Positions 1 to 13,627 of a stretch of 64,000 nt of DNA are shown piece by piece; position 1 is the first letter of the stretch, and each line of letters opens with the position of its first letter. The DNA comes from Fimicolochytrium jonesii (taxonomy: Eukaryota), in assembly GCF_025526975.1 (NCBI RefSeq), contig NW_026515675.1, forward strand, positions 310,001 through 374,000. Direction: 5' to 3'. The position numbers were made by a program, and so were the translations under genes. Below the pieces are notes generated by a model. It did not search any database. It worked only from the letters and a program-made list of their open reading frames with translations, and was not told where the DNA came from.

Positions 1-1000
1 GGTTGCTGTGGTGCGGTATTTTTTTGTGTGAGAGGGTAATGCTGTTGCTGTTGCTGTTGTTGTGGATGATGAGTGGTGGATGTGGCGACTGTAGTGGTGG
101 TTGTCGTGGTGGTTGTGGCAGGAGGTCCTGGGGGTTTGGGAGGCGGAGGGCCTACGTGTTTGCGGGATGAGAGAAAGAGCTTGCGGAGGGCGGCGTGTGG
201 GCGGAAAAGGCTGAAGAAACTGACAAAGTACGATCGATAGCTTTCCTGTGGAGATGAATATAACCAGAAAGGTCGCATTATGTTAGCCCGAAAAACGTTC
301 GGACTCGCCAGAAACCGAAGCACGCTGATTGTCGGAGTTGTTTCATCGACTTTTCCCGTCAAATCCTTCCCGACCCCTTCAAGCAAGACACTCACATAAA
401 ACAGCCAGATCGTGATCCCACCAACAAGCGCTACGACCGCATTGTATTTCCCCCATCCTCTCACAGCTACCCTACCACCACGAGCACCGGTCAGCCAAGC
501 CATCGTATCGTCACCCGCCGCGCGCAACCTATTCCGTAGCGGCTGCGAGGCCGGATTCGTATGGAGCGCCGGCACTGATGACGGCTGTGGCAGCGCCGGA
601 AGGTCTGCTTCGCCGAGGCTGGCGAGACTTAGCTTCCTTAGCTGCTGCTCGAACTCTGCTTGTTGGAGCCTGCGGTTCTGGAAGTAGCTGAGGAGAGCCA
701 AGAGCGTCAGGCTCTGGAAAAAAGGAGGTGGGGAAGGGCGGAGAAGTAGGAGCAAGAGCGCTTGGGTGGGGCGGTAGAGGAGAAAGTCGACGAAGGCCCT
801 CGGAAGAGACATGAGAAGGTGATAAGCCGCAAGTCCAGCAGACGGGGTTAGGATGGACGACGCTTGAAGAGACAGAAGGGTAGGGCACGCGGCTCCTGCT
901 ATGTCGAATGGTAACTGGTTACCGTAGGAGCCACCGGGAGCTACGGGGACTTCCTGAGACCTCCTGTCCGTGCTGTGGCGGATGGGCGTTGGCCTGCAAA
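1..1000 (-). CDS. Partial spliced gene of unknown function (predicted TM segment followed by a Pro/Thr/Gln low-complexity tail); runs off the left edge, start not resolved
   Basis: Minus-strand exon ~688-396 reads YFQNRRLQQAEFEQQLRKL...GWGKYNAVVALVGGITIWLFY and ends at a GTGAG donor (395). A CAG acceptor near 247 gives ESYRSYFVSFF...PPPPKPPGPPATTTT...QQQQQQQ. Possible upstream donor GTAAC near 921. Confidence 0.5.
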
Positions 1001-1268
1001 CGATGCTGCCGGGGTGACCAAACCGCCTCGGCTGCCTCAACGCGTCTGTTGCTTTCTGGACGGGCTCGCAAGGCTCGCACGGGTGACGTCCCTGGGAAAA
1101 AATACAGTAGAGGGGCAAAACGACCTTGACGCCTGAGGCCTCTTCTGGAGATTACCACAAACACAGGGTCCCCGACCTCTCTTTACAGTACCTTGCAGCA
1201 TTTGCTTCGCTGTGGCGAACTCAACGTCTGCCTCTGTCGCCCGACTGAACCCGACGCATCTTCGCAAG

Positions 1269-3673
<2,405 letters not shown>

Positions 3674-3983
3674 AAGACTTTTCTCTATTGTTTGGAATTT
3701 GTCGTTCCCCATACTTCTGGACAGTCACACACACTTTGATTAGGCGAAACAATGTCCGGATTGTTTAGCTGGTTGTGCAAAAGACAGTTATCATCCACTC
3801 ACGAAAGAAACAAAGACCAGAAACATAAGACCAGATGACAAGAAACTAGCTGAACACTGTTATCAAAGCAAACCCAAAAAAAAGAGGATACACGGAGGAA
3901 GAGAGGAAACGATATAAAGTCCATGGATCTCAGCAGAAAGCCCATATTCGCGCGCGCCAGACGGAAACGAGAGAACCAGCCGT

Positions 3984-5559
3984 TCAGCTTCGCAGAATCT
4001 GCGCCAAATCTTTAACGTCCCCGCCACGGTACTTTCCAGGCGCGCCGCCTTTAGCGGGCGAGTCGCGGCCTGCCAGGCCTTTGCCGGTGCCGTCGGCGTT
4101 AAAGCGTTGTTTGTGTGCGCCGGTGTACTATTGAGGTATGGGTGTGAGTGGTTTTGGAGAAGGATGGGAGACGGGAAGAAGGACTTACGCCGCTGCTATC
4201 GGTCAGCCTGTCAAAGACGGAACCCCCTTTGCTTGAGCTCTGTTATGCGTTTATGGGGATAAAATGAATCAGTCGACTGGAACTTTTTCTCTCGACAATT
4301 CCAATCCGATCATATTCAAAGACACATGTCCCGTGGAGAAAAAAATACTTACAGCGCCATACGAACTCGCCGCCGCAGCGTTACCGCCCCCAGCAGTCTT
4401 GGGCTTCCCCGCCAAGTTCGTGTTGGACCCCACTTTTGTGTTCTTGGGCTTGCTGGCTTCGCGGTCTGTAGTTCCTCAAAGAAACAAGAAGAATGAGACG
4501 TAAGATACAAAGGTCAGCGTCCAGTCACATTCAACCCCCCAGCTTTGTATGCATGAGAGACACTAACTAACCCAATCGCTCCGAGCTAGCCGTGACGAGG
4601 TTCGAGTGGGACCGCTTGGCCGAGGCGCCGCGCTCTTGCGGGTCGATGGAGACCGGCAGGCCGCGGACGGAAGTTTCTTCGCGGTTGGTGATTTGCGAGA
4701 GGTCGGCGGTTGCGGTGGGGCGGTCTGTGAGGTGTGAAAAAGGGGGGCGGATTTATGAGTTTAGTAATGTGATGGGGAATGGTATGGGAAGGGGTGAAGA
4801 GTGACGACGTACCTCGGCCGGCGGCTCCGCGACCGTGTCCGGCTATCAGTTTGGGAAAAACATCACAGGATTGTCCGGACACCACCATTGCCTAAGATTG
4901 AAGCTCTCACCATCATCAAAACGAAGCTTATGAGTGCCAGTATACTTCGAAGTGTCCGTCAACCGATCAACAATAGCGTCGCTCTTCGGAGCCTGCACAA
5001 TCAATCCAGTCCAGAGCATGTAAATTCACATGCCCTCGCCAACACCAATCCCCATCAAGCCTCTTACCGTCCCCGTAGCAATTGGCCCTCCACCCTTCTT
5101 CAAAATCAGCCCAATAACCGCATCCAACGCATCGCGCCCTTGCTTCCCGGTCTTTTTCTCGGCGACGAGGGTCAGACCTTCTATGAAGCCGTTCCAGTCG
5201 ATTTTGCGCGCGCCCTTGGGTTTGACCTGTGCCAAATGGGAGGATGTGTTAGATTTTCGGGGTTGTGGGAAGATGGGAATGGAGGCGATAGATGTTTACG
5301 GAACCTTGTTGAAGACGATATCGACGTCGGTTGAAGTGACTTTCTTGTTGTCAATCAGTTTGTTGTCGCGGGCGAATTTGGCAAATTTGGCTCCTAGTAT
5401 CAAGAAAGTCATCAGAATCCTTCAACGCCAAGACACACGCACCGCATGCTAATCATGAAACCCACCGTCCATGGTATTACCCCCCGCCTCGCCGGTGGCA
5501 AGGTTTCGGTTGCTGCCGAACGCGCAGAATGCGTCAAAGATTTCACGAAGGTCTTCCAT
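3984..5559 (-). CDS. TPPP: Fungal-type TPPP/p25-alpha protein (full p25-alpha domain plus a second partial domain)
   Basis: [16 protein letters not shown]...[63 protein letters not shown]; second copy VFDRLTDS...[21 protein letters not shown]; stop at 3984-3986. Confidence 0.9.
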
Positions 5560-6653
5560 AACTGCTGATGTTCGTGGTAGAAATGCGGTCAGAAAGGCTT
5601 GTGGGCGAAAGGGAATTCAAGGAAAGCGGGACGCAGGTAAATCCGATGTGATTTTATGAGGGAGGGATTTGCAGGGCAATGAAGGAAAGCTCTTCGTGGC
5701 GAAGAAGATGTCGGGCCGGTGCTTACGTGAGGAACTGACAGCGCGTCACAGGCGTTTTCGAGGCAAGAAAGCGCACGAGACTAGAACTGTCTCCGGAATA
5801 TGCGTTTATTCGCATCATGGATGCGAAAACTTGGTCTATGGGATCTATCCTTGCACATGAAAATGGCCGGCCTGAACAACAATGCATCCTGAAATTTTAA
5901 AGCCCTGGGAGGCGGAAAGTGCCCTCAGCCGTGCAACCACATTTCTTCGGTACCAAGACAAAAGCCTACGAAGCGGTATAGGATGGCAAGCATGCAAATC
6001 AGACGCCTTACCATAACCTTACCGAAGGAGCTGTGAAGAGAAATCAGTAGGACATCCTCCGTATGTTGGTTGTTTTGCGTGCAGGCACTGCAGAGTGCAT
6101 TCGCGATGGACAAACCCTCCCTCAAGGCGGACAAAAGATGGGCGGACGCATGCTCTGAAGGATGGAGAATACATGTTCCGTGCCTGAATGCATGAACAAA
6201 GCGATTGCCTTTCTGATGTCGATGTGCAGGATAATATTGGCGTCAGTCAAAGTGAGCCAATCAGTATCGATCATGTATCGTGAGGATTGATGCCGGAACC
6301 TCCGTCTCCTTCCATGCTGCCGACCACCCGCGGAGCTCCGCAATCGACAACCGGCAATTCCGGCAGAACCTGAACGCAGTTTTTCGATGTCATCCGCGCC
6401 GCTTTTGCTCCGAATCGATGAAATTCCCAGCATCGCCCTGGTGACTTGGACCCCCTCAACCAAGTCTATTCCTCCATCTCCCCAGAAGTCCGGCTCGTTC
6501 CAAAGGCCAAAGCGTTCAGTCGGTGATTCGACTCCCGATCAAAGCGGGAGGAAATCCATATTTTGGTATACAATTCAGATATATTGCAATAGCGTAAAAG
6601 TACGGAGATAGCTATCCATCAGAGGTTGGGATTCGCGAGGGCGTGACGAGAAT

Positions 6654-7705
6654 TTAGCTGGTCATACGGGTGACCTACGGAACGATATCGAATTTTAGAT
6701 ATAAAGCAGTGAATTACTTGAAAATAAATGGTAGTAGGTGTCCGTACCTTGTCCAAAACGGTTTCGTAGCTGACTTCAGACAAGTCGGTGCACTGGATCT
6801 CGGTGTAAATACCGTCCAGCTTCTTCCTCAAGGCATCCTTAGATGCGGCGTAAAGCATTTTTTGTTTGATCTTAGACGTGTCAGGGGACCTGCGAAAATT
6901 CGTAGAATTAATTTCGTACACCTAAGTGAGGGTTTTGCCTGATAATCTGCACCCTACGCACCACACGTAAAAGAGGATCTTGTTCCTGGTACCCTCTCCG
7001 GCGGTGTCGTATTGGAAGTCGTACACGCAGTACCGGCATTGGTCTGGGGGAAGGGAACCAACAAAGGAGTCGTAGTCTCCGGTCTCTACCGTCTTCTCCA
7101 CACCGATTTCTGTGTTGGTATCGTTGATTTTGAAGATGATGAAGCGGTACTTCTTCTTCAGCTTGAGGTCCTGGAAGGCCTCAACGGCCGTGTCTTGAAC
7201 TCCTACTCCGCTGGACTGTTGGGAAAATCAAACCGTGAGGAAATGGGCAAAAACTTCCGTCACATGTGTCCTCTCGCTCCTCCCTCTGGGACATCTTCAT
7301 TGTGCGATAATTTGGTGCACGAAAAGTCCTTGCTCCTTCCCATATCCATCTGTTTCCGTAGCTCATCTCGAACGCGCAACCGCGTGGCATGCCGATGATG
7401 CCCCAATGCCCATTCCGACGAAAGCTCCATGTAGTGACCGTTTATCACATCCATCCATCTCATAGAGGCCGCGGATGCTGATCACGATGGGCGAGTCGGA
7501 TGGATGATTCGATGGACGCTTCGGCCGGGATGGATGGATGAAAATCTGCGGATGGTTGGGCATCGCATTGTCCTTGACGCGCCAAGGCCCGTTGAATACT
7601 CTTGACGAGATGGGCCCCAGGACCACGCTCGCAGTTCAATCCCGTAACTCCTACGTGAAAAGCCTTGCCCTCCACACCCGCTCCTCAAGCGTCGCTACTC
7701 ACCAT
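6654..7705 (-). CDS. COF1: Cofilin/actin-depolymerizing factor; first coding exon is ATG only
   Basis: ATG|GTGAGT at 7705-7703; acceptor near 7219 gives [30 protein letters not shown]...CRYCVYDF...[34 protein letters not shown]...; last exon VTRMTS* (TAA 6654-6656). Confidence 0.93.
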
Positions 7706-8426
7706 TGTTGTGTATGTGTTCTAGGGTTCTGTTAATGTAGATGGGGAGATGTGTCTCTTGAAATGTGCACTGGGGACGTTTCACAGCGGCCGAATTGGGT
7801 GTATTTGCGATTGCGGCGTCATTACCCGCGCGCTCTTTGAGAGGGTATTTGCGCTAATCACGCCTAATCGATTCGTTCACCATCACAAACACATTTGGTT
7901 ACGCTTCGATATTGGAGGGCCAACCTCGATGCGACGCACTTCCCAAAACCCCACAACATGGACTTCACTATGACGCCGACTAACGCCGCCCGACCGCGCC
8001 GGGTTTTCCTCGATCATTAGCAGGCCGGCCGGCGGTGTGTGCGACCAGCGAAGGTGCCGATAGGCAGGATAGGCACGGTATGACGGGGAGCGCGTCTGTC
8101 CGTTGGAGCCTTTGCACATCAAAATGCATGAGGCTGGCATGTCAACTTCTATCGTCGACTTCATATGAGCAGGAACGGAAGGTGACAGGAACGTCTGTCC
8201 GACAACGACACAACGACGACAACAGCGACCGCATTGCATGCCAAGTGCCTCCGAAAACTCAAAGCGCCTCATTCCTCGCTCAGCTCAACCCTCTCTGTGC
8301 CGCCGGCCAACGATTTGTACAAATATCCACCCTCTGGGGCAGAGCACTCATTTGCAAAAAGTCACTTGGCGTCCATTGCGCCATCACTTACTCCGTATCG
8401 CAGTCACTCACCCACCATTCCGAACC

Positions 8427-10935
8427 ATGGCGACATCGCAGAACTTGCCAGAAGACCCTTCACCCAGGTCTGGGACTCCCCCGCGGGTGCCGACTCCCCG
8501 TATGGAAGCAACAGAATCGCTTTTAGCTGATCTAGGCCTAGGGGACTATGACGTAGACCCTGTCGAAAAGCGCGGCTCCTCTGTGTCTGAGGCCTCCTCG
8601 AAGCGGAGGGGAGTACTCCCAGAGCTGATGCAGGGTGCGCCTTCAGCGTTGAACGACAAATCGTTGCAACCAGGGAATGCAGTTATTGACGTGGATGGGA
8701 GGCGACGTTCCTTTCAAAATGGTATGAGCCAAGGCAGCATGTCCGTTCCTGTTTCTGAAAGACTCGATACTAACTGCGTTACTGCTGAAAATAGATCCCA
8801 TTAGCAGGCGAAGAGGGTCTGCTCAGTCCGGCGCAAGTGGATCCCACCAAGGGCATGACACACCCAACTTTGTAAAGCATACCGAAAATACCTTACCACC
8901 TCCGCCGCAGGCCGGCTACTCGCAAAGTTCCCAGGCATCAACGACGTACCATTCACCTCCGCGCCCGTCGCACCCTTCGCAAGCACCGCATCCGCAGGAT
9001 TCATATGCGCTGGGCCAGGGTCAATTCCCACCACCTCCGCATCACCCGAATGCCAACTATGGAGGACAGTATGGCGGTTATGTTCCTGGGCCGCCTGGTC
9101 CTGGTGCCAATCAACAATACCACCATCCCGGTGCACAACCATATGGATACCCTGCTCCTCCGCGGCCACAATACGGGCGGCCGTACATGCCTCAGCACCC
9201 ACATCAACAGTACGCACCGCCCCCGCAATATGGCCCTCCACAGGGTTACGGTCCAAGACCAATGCGTCCTCCTCCTGGAGGGCCAGGGATGTATGGTCCC
9301 CCCACAATGCGTCCGATGCCAATGCGTCCCGATCCCTATGGTGCTCCATCTCTCGCGCCTCCCGGTACGTTCGAGCGACGGCGATTGTCAGATCAATCTT
9401 TAGCTGGGACGGACACCCTCGCACCACCAAGCGGTACGATATCACAGCGGAGGGGATCTGCGCCGGATTTGAACGAAGCGACAGCGAATTCAGACGCGAT
9501 GTCTACCGCATCTGGCGGCACCACGGCGATTGCTGCAGCTCCTTCGCTGGTTGGGGCGTCCGGGGAGGTATTGGAAACCTACCGACAGAACGCTAAAAGG
9601 AGCACTGATCCAACAGTGCAGTTATCTTTTGCCAAACAACTGATAGCAGCCGGTGAAGCACTCACGAATGCAGATGGGGATCCGAAGAAGAACAGAAAGC
9701 AGCAGGAAGCCTTATATGCCGAAGCACTGAAATGGATCAAGAAACTTGCTACGAATGGCGGAATCGGTGGGAAGTCATCATACCCAGAAGCACAATTCTT
9801 CCTGGCAGAGTGCTACGGAAACGGCTCGTTGCACCTACCTGTTGATCACGACAAGGCGTTCTCGCTTTACGTCCAGGCGTCCAAACAGGCCCACCCAGCC
9901 GCCACATACCGCACAGCCGTATGTTACGAAGTCGGAGCGGGAACCAAACGTGACTCGGCTCGCGCGATGCAGTTCTATAGGAAAGCAGCGGCACTAGGGG
10001 ACACGGCAGCGATGTACAAGGTCGGAATGATCATGTTCAATGGACTGTTCAATCAGAGCAAGAACCCTCGCGAAGGCGTAACCTGGTTGAAAAGGGCGGC
10101 TGCACAGGCGGATGAGAATACCCCTCATGCTTTGCATGAATTAGGAGTGCTGTATGAGGGAGGGGCGGGCGAGGGTGTTGTCATTCCGGTAAGTATGTCG
10201 CAATCCCGATTTTGGAGTTGTATCCGACACATTCCTGACCTCTACTTCGCAAACATGTAGGATCCTCAACACGCTCACGAACTCTTCCTTCGCGCGGCGC
10301 AACTCGGCTACCCACCATCGCAATTCAAACTCGGATTCTCCTATGAATATGGGCTCCTATCTCTCCCAATCGACCCCCGCCGCTCCATCGCATGGTACAC
10401 ACGCGCGGCCGAGCAATCCGACCCCGACGCCGAGCTCGCACTGTCCGGGTGGTACCTCACCGGCGCTGAAGGGGTCTTGCGCCAATCCGACACGGAGGCA
10501 TACTTGTGGGCACGGAAGGCCGCAGATAAGGGTCTGGCAAAGGCAGAATACGCGGTGGGGTGGTACAGCGAGAACGGCGTAGGCATCAAACCCGATCTGG
10601 AGGAAGCGCGGAGATGGTACCTCCGTGCCGCTGCGCAGGGCAACAAACGCGCCGTTGCGAGGGTGAAGGAGTTGAAGAACATGATGTACGCCACGCAGCG
10701 CGGCACGTCGTCGGCACACTCTGTCGCATCGGCGGCCCATCATCACCCGCAAATGGGGGGTAGCATGAGAGGTCCTGGCCCCGCTGGCGCCGGTCACAGT
10801 CGGAGCGCCGGCGACGTGTCCAACAACGCAAATCATAGGATGAGCCGGATGGGAGAGACTGCCAATCAGTGGAGGAAAGAAGCGGCGAAGGGCGGGGATG
10901 CGGCGGCCAAGAACTCTGAATGTGCGATTATGTAG
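8427..10935 (+). CDS. CHS4: Chitin synthase activator Chs4/Skt5-like Sel1-repeat protein with a C-terminal CAAX box
   Basis: Sel1/TPR repeats (EAQFFLAECYGNG, AATYRTAVCYEVG, AMYKVGMIMFNG, AELALSGWYLTGAEG, AEYAVGWYSENG); LETYRQNAKRSTDP; P/Q/G/Y-rich N-terminus; ends ECAIM*. Confidence 0.9.
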
Positions 10936-11207
10936 ATGTTCTGTGGACAGTAGTATGTAGTTGAGAATCGAGGAAGCTGGGATTCCGTAGTGGCAGGCCA
11001 TTCCTACTTTTCTCGTTGTCCGAGTCATATAGATAACAATAATACGGACCGAGTCACCCTTGCTACATGCATTTCGAGCGGTGCATGTCCCAGACATCGT
11101 AGTAGCTATTTCGCTTGACTTCGCATGCCGGAAGGAGGTAGATTGAGAACGAGAGCCAAAACGTGCAAGACGTTTATGAATGCTAACATAAGCCTGAAAT
11201 TCAGCCA

Positions 11208-11281
11208 GCCCTCATGGCTCAGTTGGATAGAGCGTCTGCCTAGTAAGCAGAAGGTCCCGAGTTCGAATCTCGGTGAGGGCA
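11208..11281 (+). tRNA. tRNA-Thr (anticodon AGT), intronless
   Basis: Acceptor stem GCCCTCA/TGAGGGC; D arm GCTC-AGTTGGATA-GAGC; anticodon stem TCTGC/GCAGA with loop CT-AGT-AA; T loop TTCGAAT; discriminator A; downstream oligo-T Pol III terminator. Confidence 0.95.
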
Positions 11282-11971
11282 TTTGTTTTTGTCAATTTTT
11301 AGCCAGCAATCGATGATCGATGATTTCGTGTTTAGAAACGTGGCAAAACCTTATGCGAGATGGGAAAGCGCGTGTGTTGATCAGCTCGGAGAGGAAATCA
11401 TGACCTGGATGACTCCCATCGCGGTTTCTTCCCTTATTTGTCAAGCGCACGCCGATTCCAGCCGCCCGGGCATTAACAGTGCGTTCCTGGCGTCTGGCAC
11501 AATTATCCCATGCCGGAATCCAAACCTCCATCGTTAACGCCATGCCCGGAGAGGACCGGAAGAAAAGCGTCTGCAGTGCGTGGAAGCGCGTCTTGGCCGC
11601 GCTGTTTTAGCGCCGACCAGTGTTGTTTTTTTTCCTCCAAAGCCGCCCCCCCCCACCGCAAAGAAAAGCCATGCCATGCATATATCTGCCGCCCCCGCTG
11701 CCTGGGAAAAAAGGGTTCTGGGAAGAAGGCAACACAAGCCAAGCCAACAAACACACTCATCGGTTCCAGCAACAACCGGAGCTTACGACGCTTGTCTTCG
11801 CTCAGCAAGCAACTTCCTCTCTCTAGACTCATTAGCTGTGGAGCATATCGCCAGCAAGAGGACCGTGCAAGTAGTGACCTCCGCCAGCCTGAACCAGCAG
11901 GCCCAACTCCTTCAGCTTCATAGCTGAGCTACAGGACCGTTTTCGACCGCTTCGGCAAATAATTGACCAAG

Positions 11972-13520
11972 ATGCACCGTGTATTTCACGGGCTGCGTCC
12001 CGCCTTTGGGATAGGCAGGGACTTTATGGGTTCGGACGGTGTGCAGAAGGTGAGCATCGTGTATGCCTATGGAACGGCTCAGTTGGTCGTCAGGACATAC
12101 AATTGACGGATTGCCTTGATACAGGCCGCCGCGCTTATTGGAGGTATCAACGACCGAAGCGACGACATCGTCGACCCTTTCTTGGGCGCAGAGTACCAGC
12201 CTGTCAACCCATCGGTCCGAGCACCATTACCAAAGTCTCACTTTCACCAAAGAGTGCAACCGCAACCTTTCGCGGCGCATCTGCATCAGCAACAGCAGCC
12301 ATCGCTGCGGGCCAAGGAGCCAGTACAGCCACCGTCGCATCTTGGTTTCCGACTCCAGCAGCAACCGCAAACATCGCAGCAACAACAACATCCCCATACA
12401 CCTACCCCCATCTCCACATTACTTGCGTTCAAAAAGCAAATCAAAACCGATGCTGCAACCGCAGTCGACTTGCCACTACCAACATTACCTATGTGCGCTC
12501 TGCCACAAACGGTGCTGCCGCCCACGGCAGGACCAGAATACCCGGCATCCACATTCTCATTTTTGGACGGTGACTTTGACCTGGCGCAAGAACTTGAAGC
12601 CATCGAGTCGATGAAACTCGACTCGGTCAACAACGAGTTGGATGCTGCGATGGACTTTTGGGGCGCTAGCCCTGAGGTTACGATGAAGACGGAGTCTATG
12701 GACATGCAAGTATTCGGTGGGTTGGAGGACATGGGAAGCATCGCACCTCAAGAGATCTTCTGGTCGGAGGACATGTCGACCATGCCTGCCATCACTATTC
12801 CTAAGGACCCGCAGCCCATGCCAATAGTCCAGCAAGCACCACCACCGGTGGCGCCGGTTGTGAAGAATACACGCGCAAACCCCTATGTGCATAAGGCATG
12901 CGTGCACTGCAAGGCTTCACATGTGGCTTGTAACAATGCCAGGCCGTGTCAGGTAAGATATCCGCTACCCCGTCGCTTTTCTTTGCGTGCGGTATCCTGA
13001 TTGGGTCCCGTTACTTCAACAGAGATGCGTACGTTCGGGCAAGGCCGACACCTGCGTCGACTCCGAGCGCAAAAAGCGTGGCCGCCCAGGTTCTTCCGCA
13101 ACATCATCCTGCGCAGCCGACCACGTCGACAATCAAGCAACATCATCCTCCTCACGACCAAAGAAGCGCTCAAAGCCCAGCCCTCCACCCACCCTCTCCG
13201 CCTCAGTCTCACCAACAGCCACACCAGCAATGTCGACAACCACCGAAGCCGACTTTGCCCAGTTGTTCGACATGCCGGCCGGAAACATGCAAGGTCTCGT
13301 CCCTTTAAACCTCGAGCAATCCTCCGACCTCTTTTTGGACCAAAACCTCATGCAACAGCAATTCAACACCCCTGAGGCGCTGGAAGCCGCCGTCGTGGCC
13401 GCTGCGCAAGCAATGCTGGGAGGGCTCCAGCAACAACCTCAGCTACCGGAGAATCTCTTTGCGATGGATGATGCATCCCAGCAATTCACTTTTGGTTATA
13501 CGCACAATCTTCTAGGATAG
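11972..13520 (+). CDS. Zn(II)2Cys6 transcription factor with an internally located zinc cluster and Q-rich regions
   Basis: ACVHCKASHVACNNARPCQ|RCVRSGKADTCVDSERKKRGRP, split by an intron near 12953-13022. Putative first exon 11972-12049 with GTGAG donor and CAG acceptor at 12124. Confidence 0.85.
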
Positions 13521-13627
13521 TTCAGTGGAGGGAGTCGGTCAAGCTAGGCCGGTGCCTTCCTATCTATTTTTGTTTGTTGCCCATCTGTTTCCCAAAAATG
13601 TTTTTGAGCATACATGTGTTTCCAATA

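Noticed and set aside
40..120. (GTT/GCT/GGT)n microsatellite-like tract
   Set aside because: Explained as poly-Gln/Thr coding sequence of the partial minus-strand gene.
910..924. Palindrome GGTAACTGGTTACC as an RFX X-box upstream of katanin
   Set aside because: Half-sites are in the wrong orientation and overlap a probable splice donor of the minus-strand gene.
5900..6620. Short ORFs between TPPP and cofilin
   Set aside because: No recognisable domain and no consistent exon chain could be built.
8801..9445. Long antisense ORFs (e.g. 8801-9445, 10357-11097, 25896-26684, 55198-55815)
   Set aside because: Shadows of real genes on the opposite strand, caused by GC-rich codon usage; no independent protein signal.
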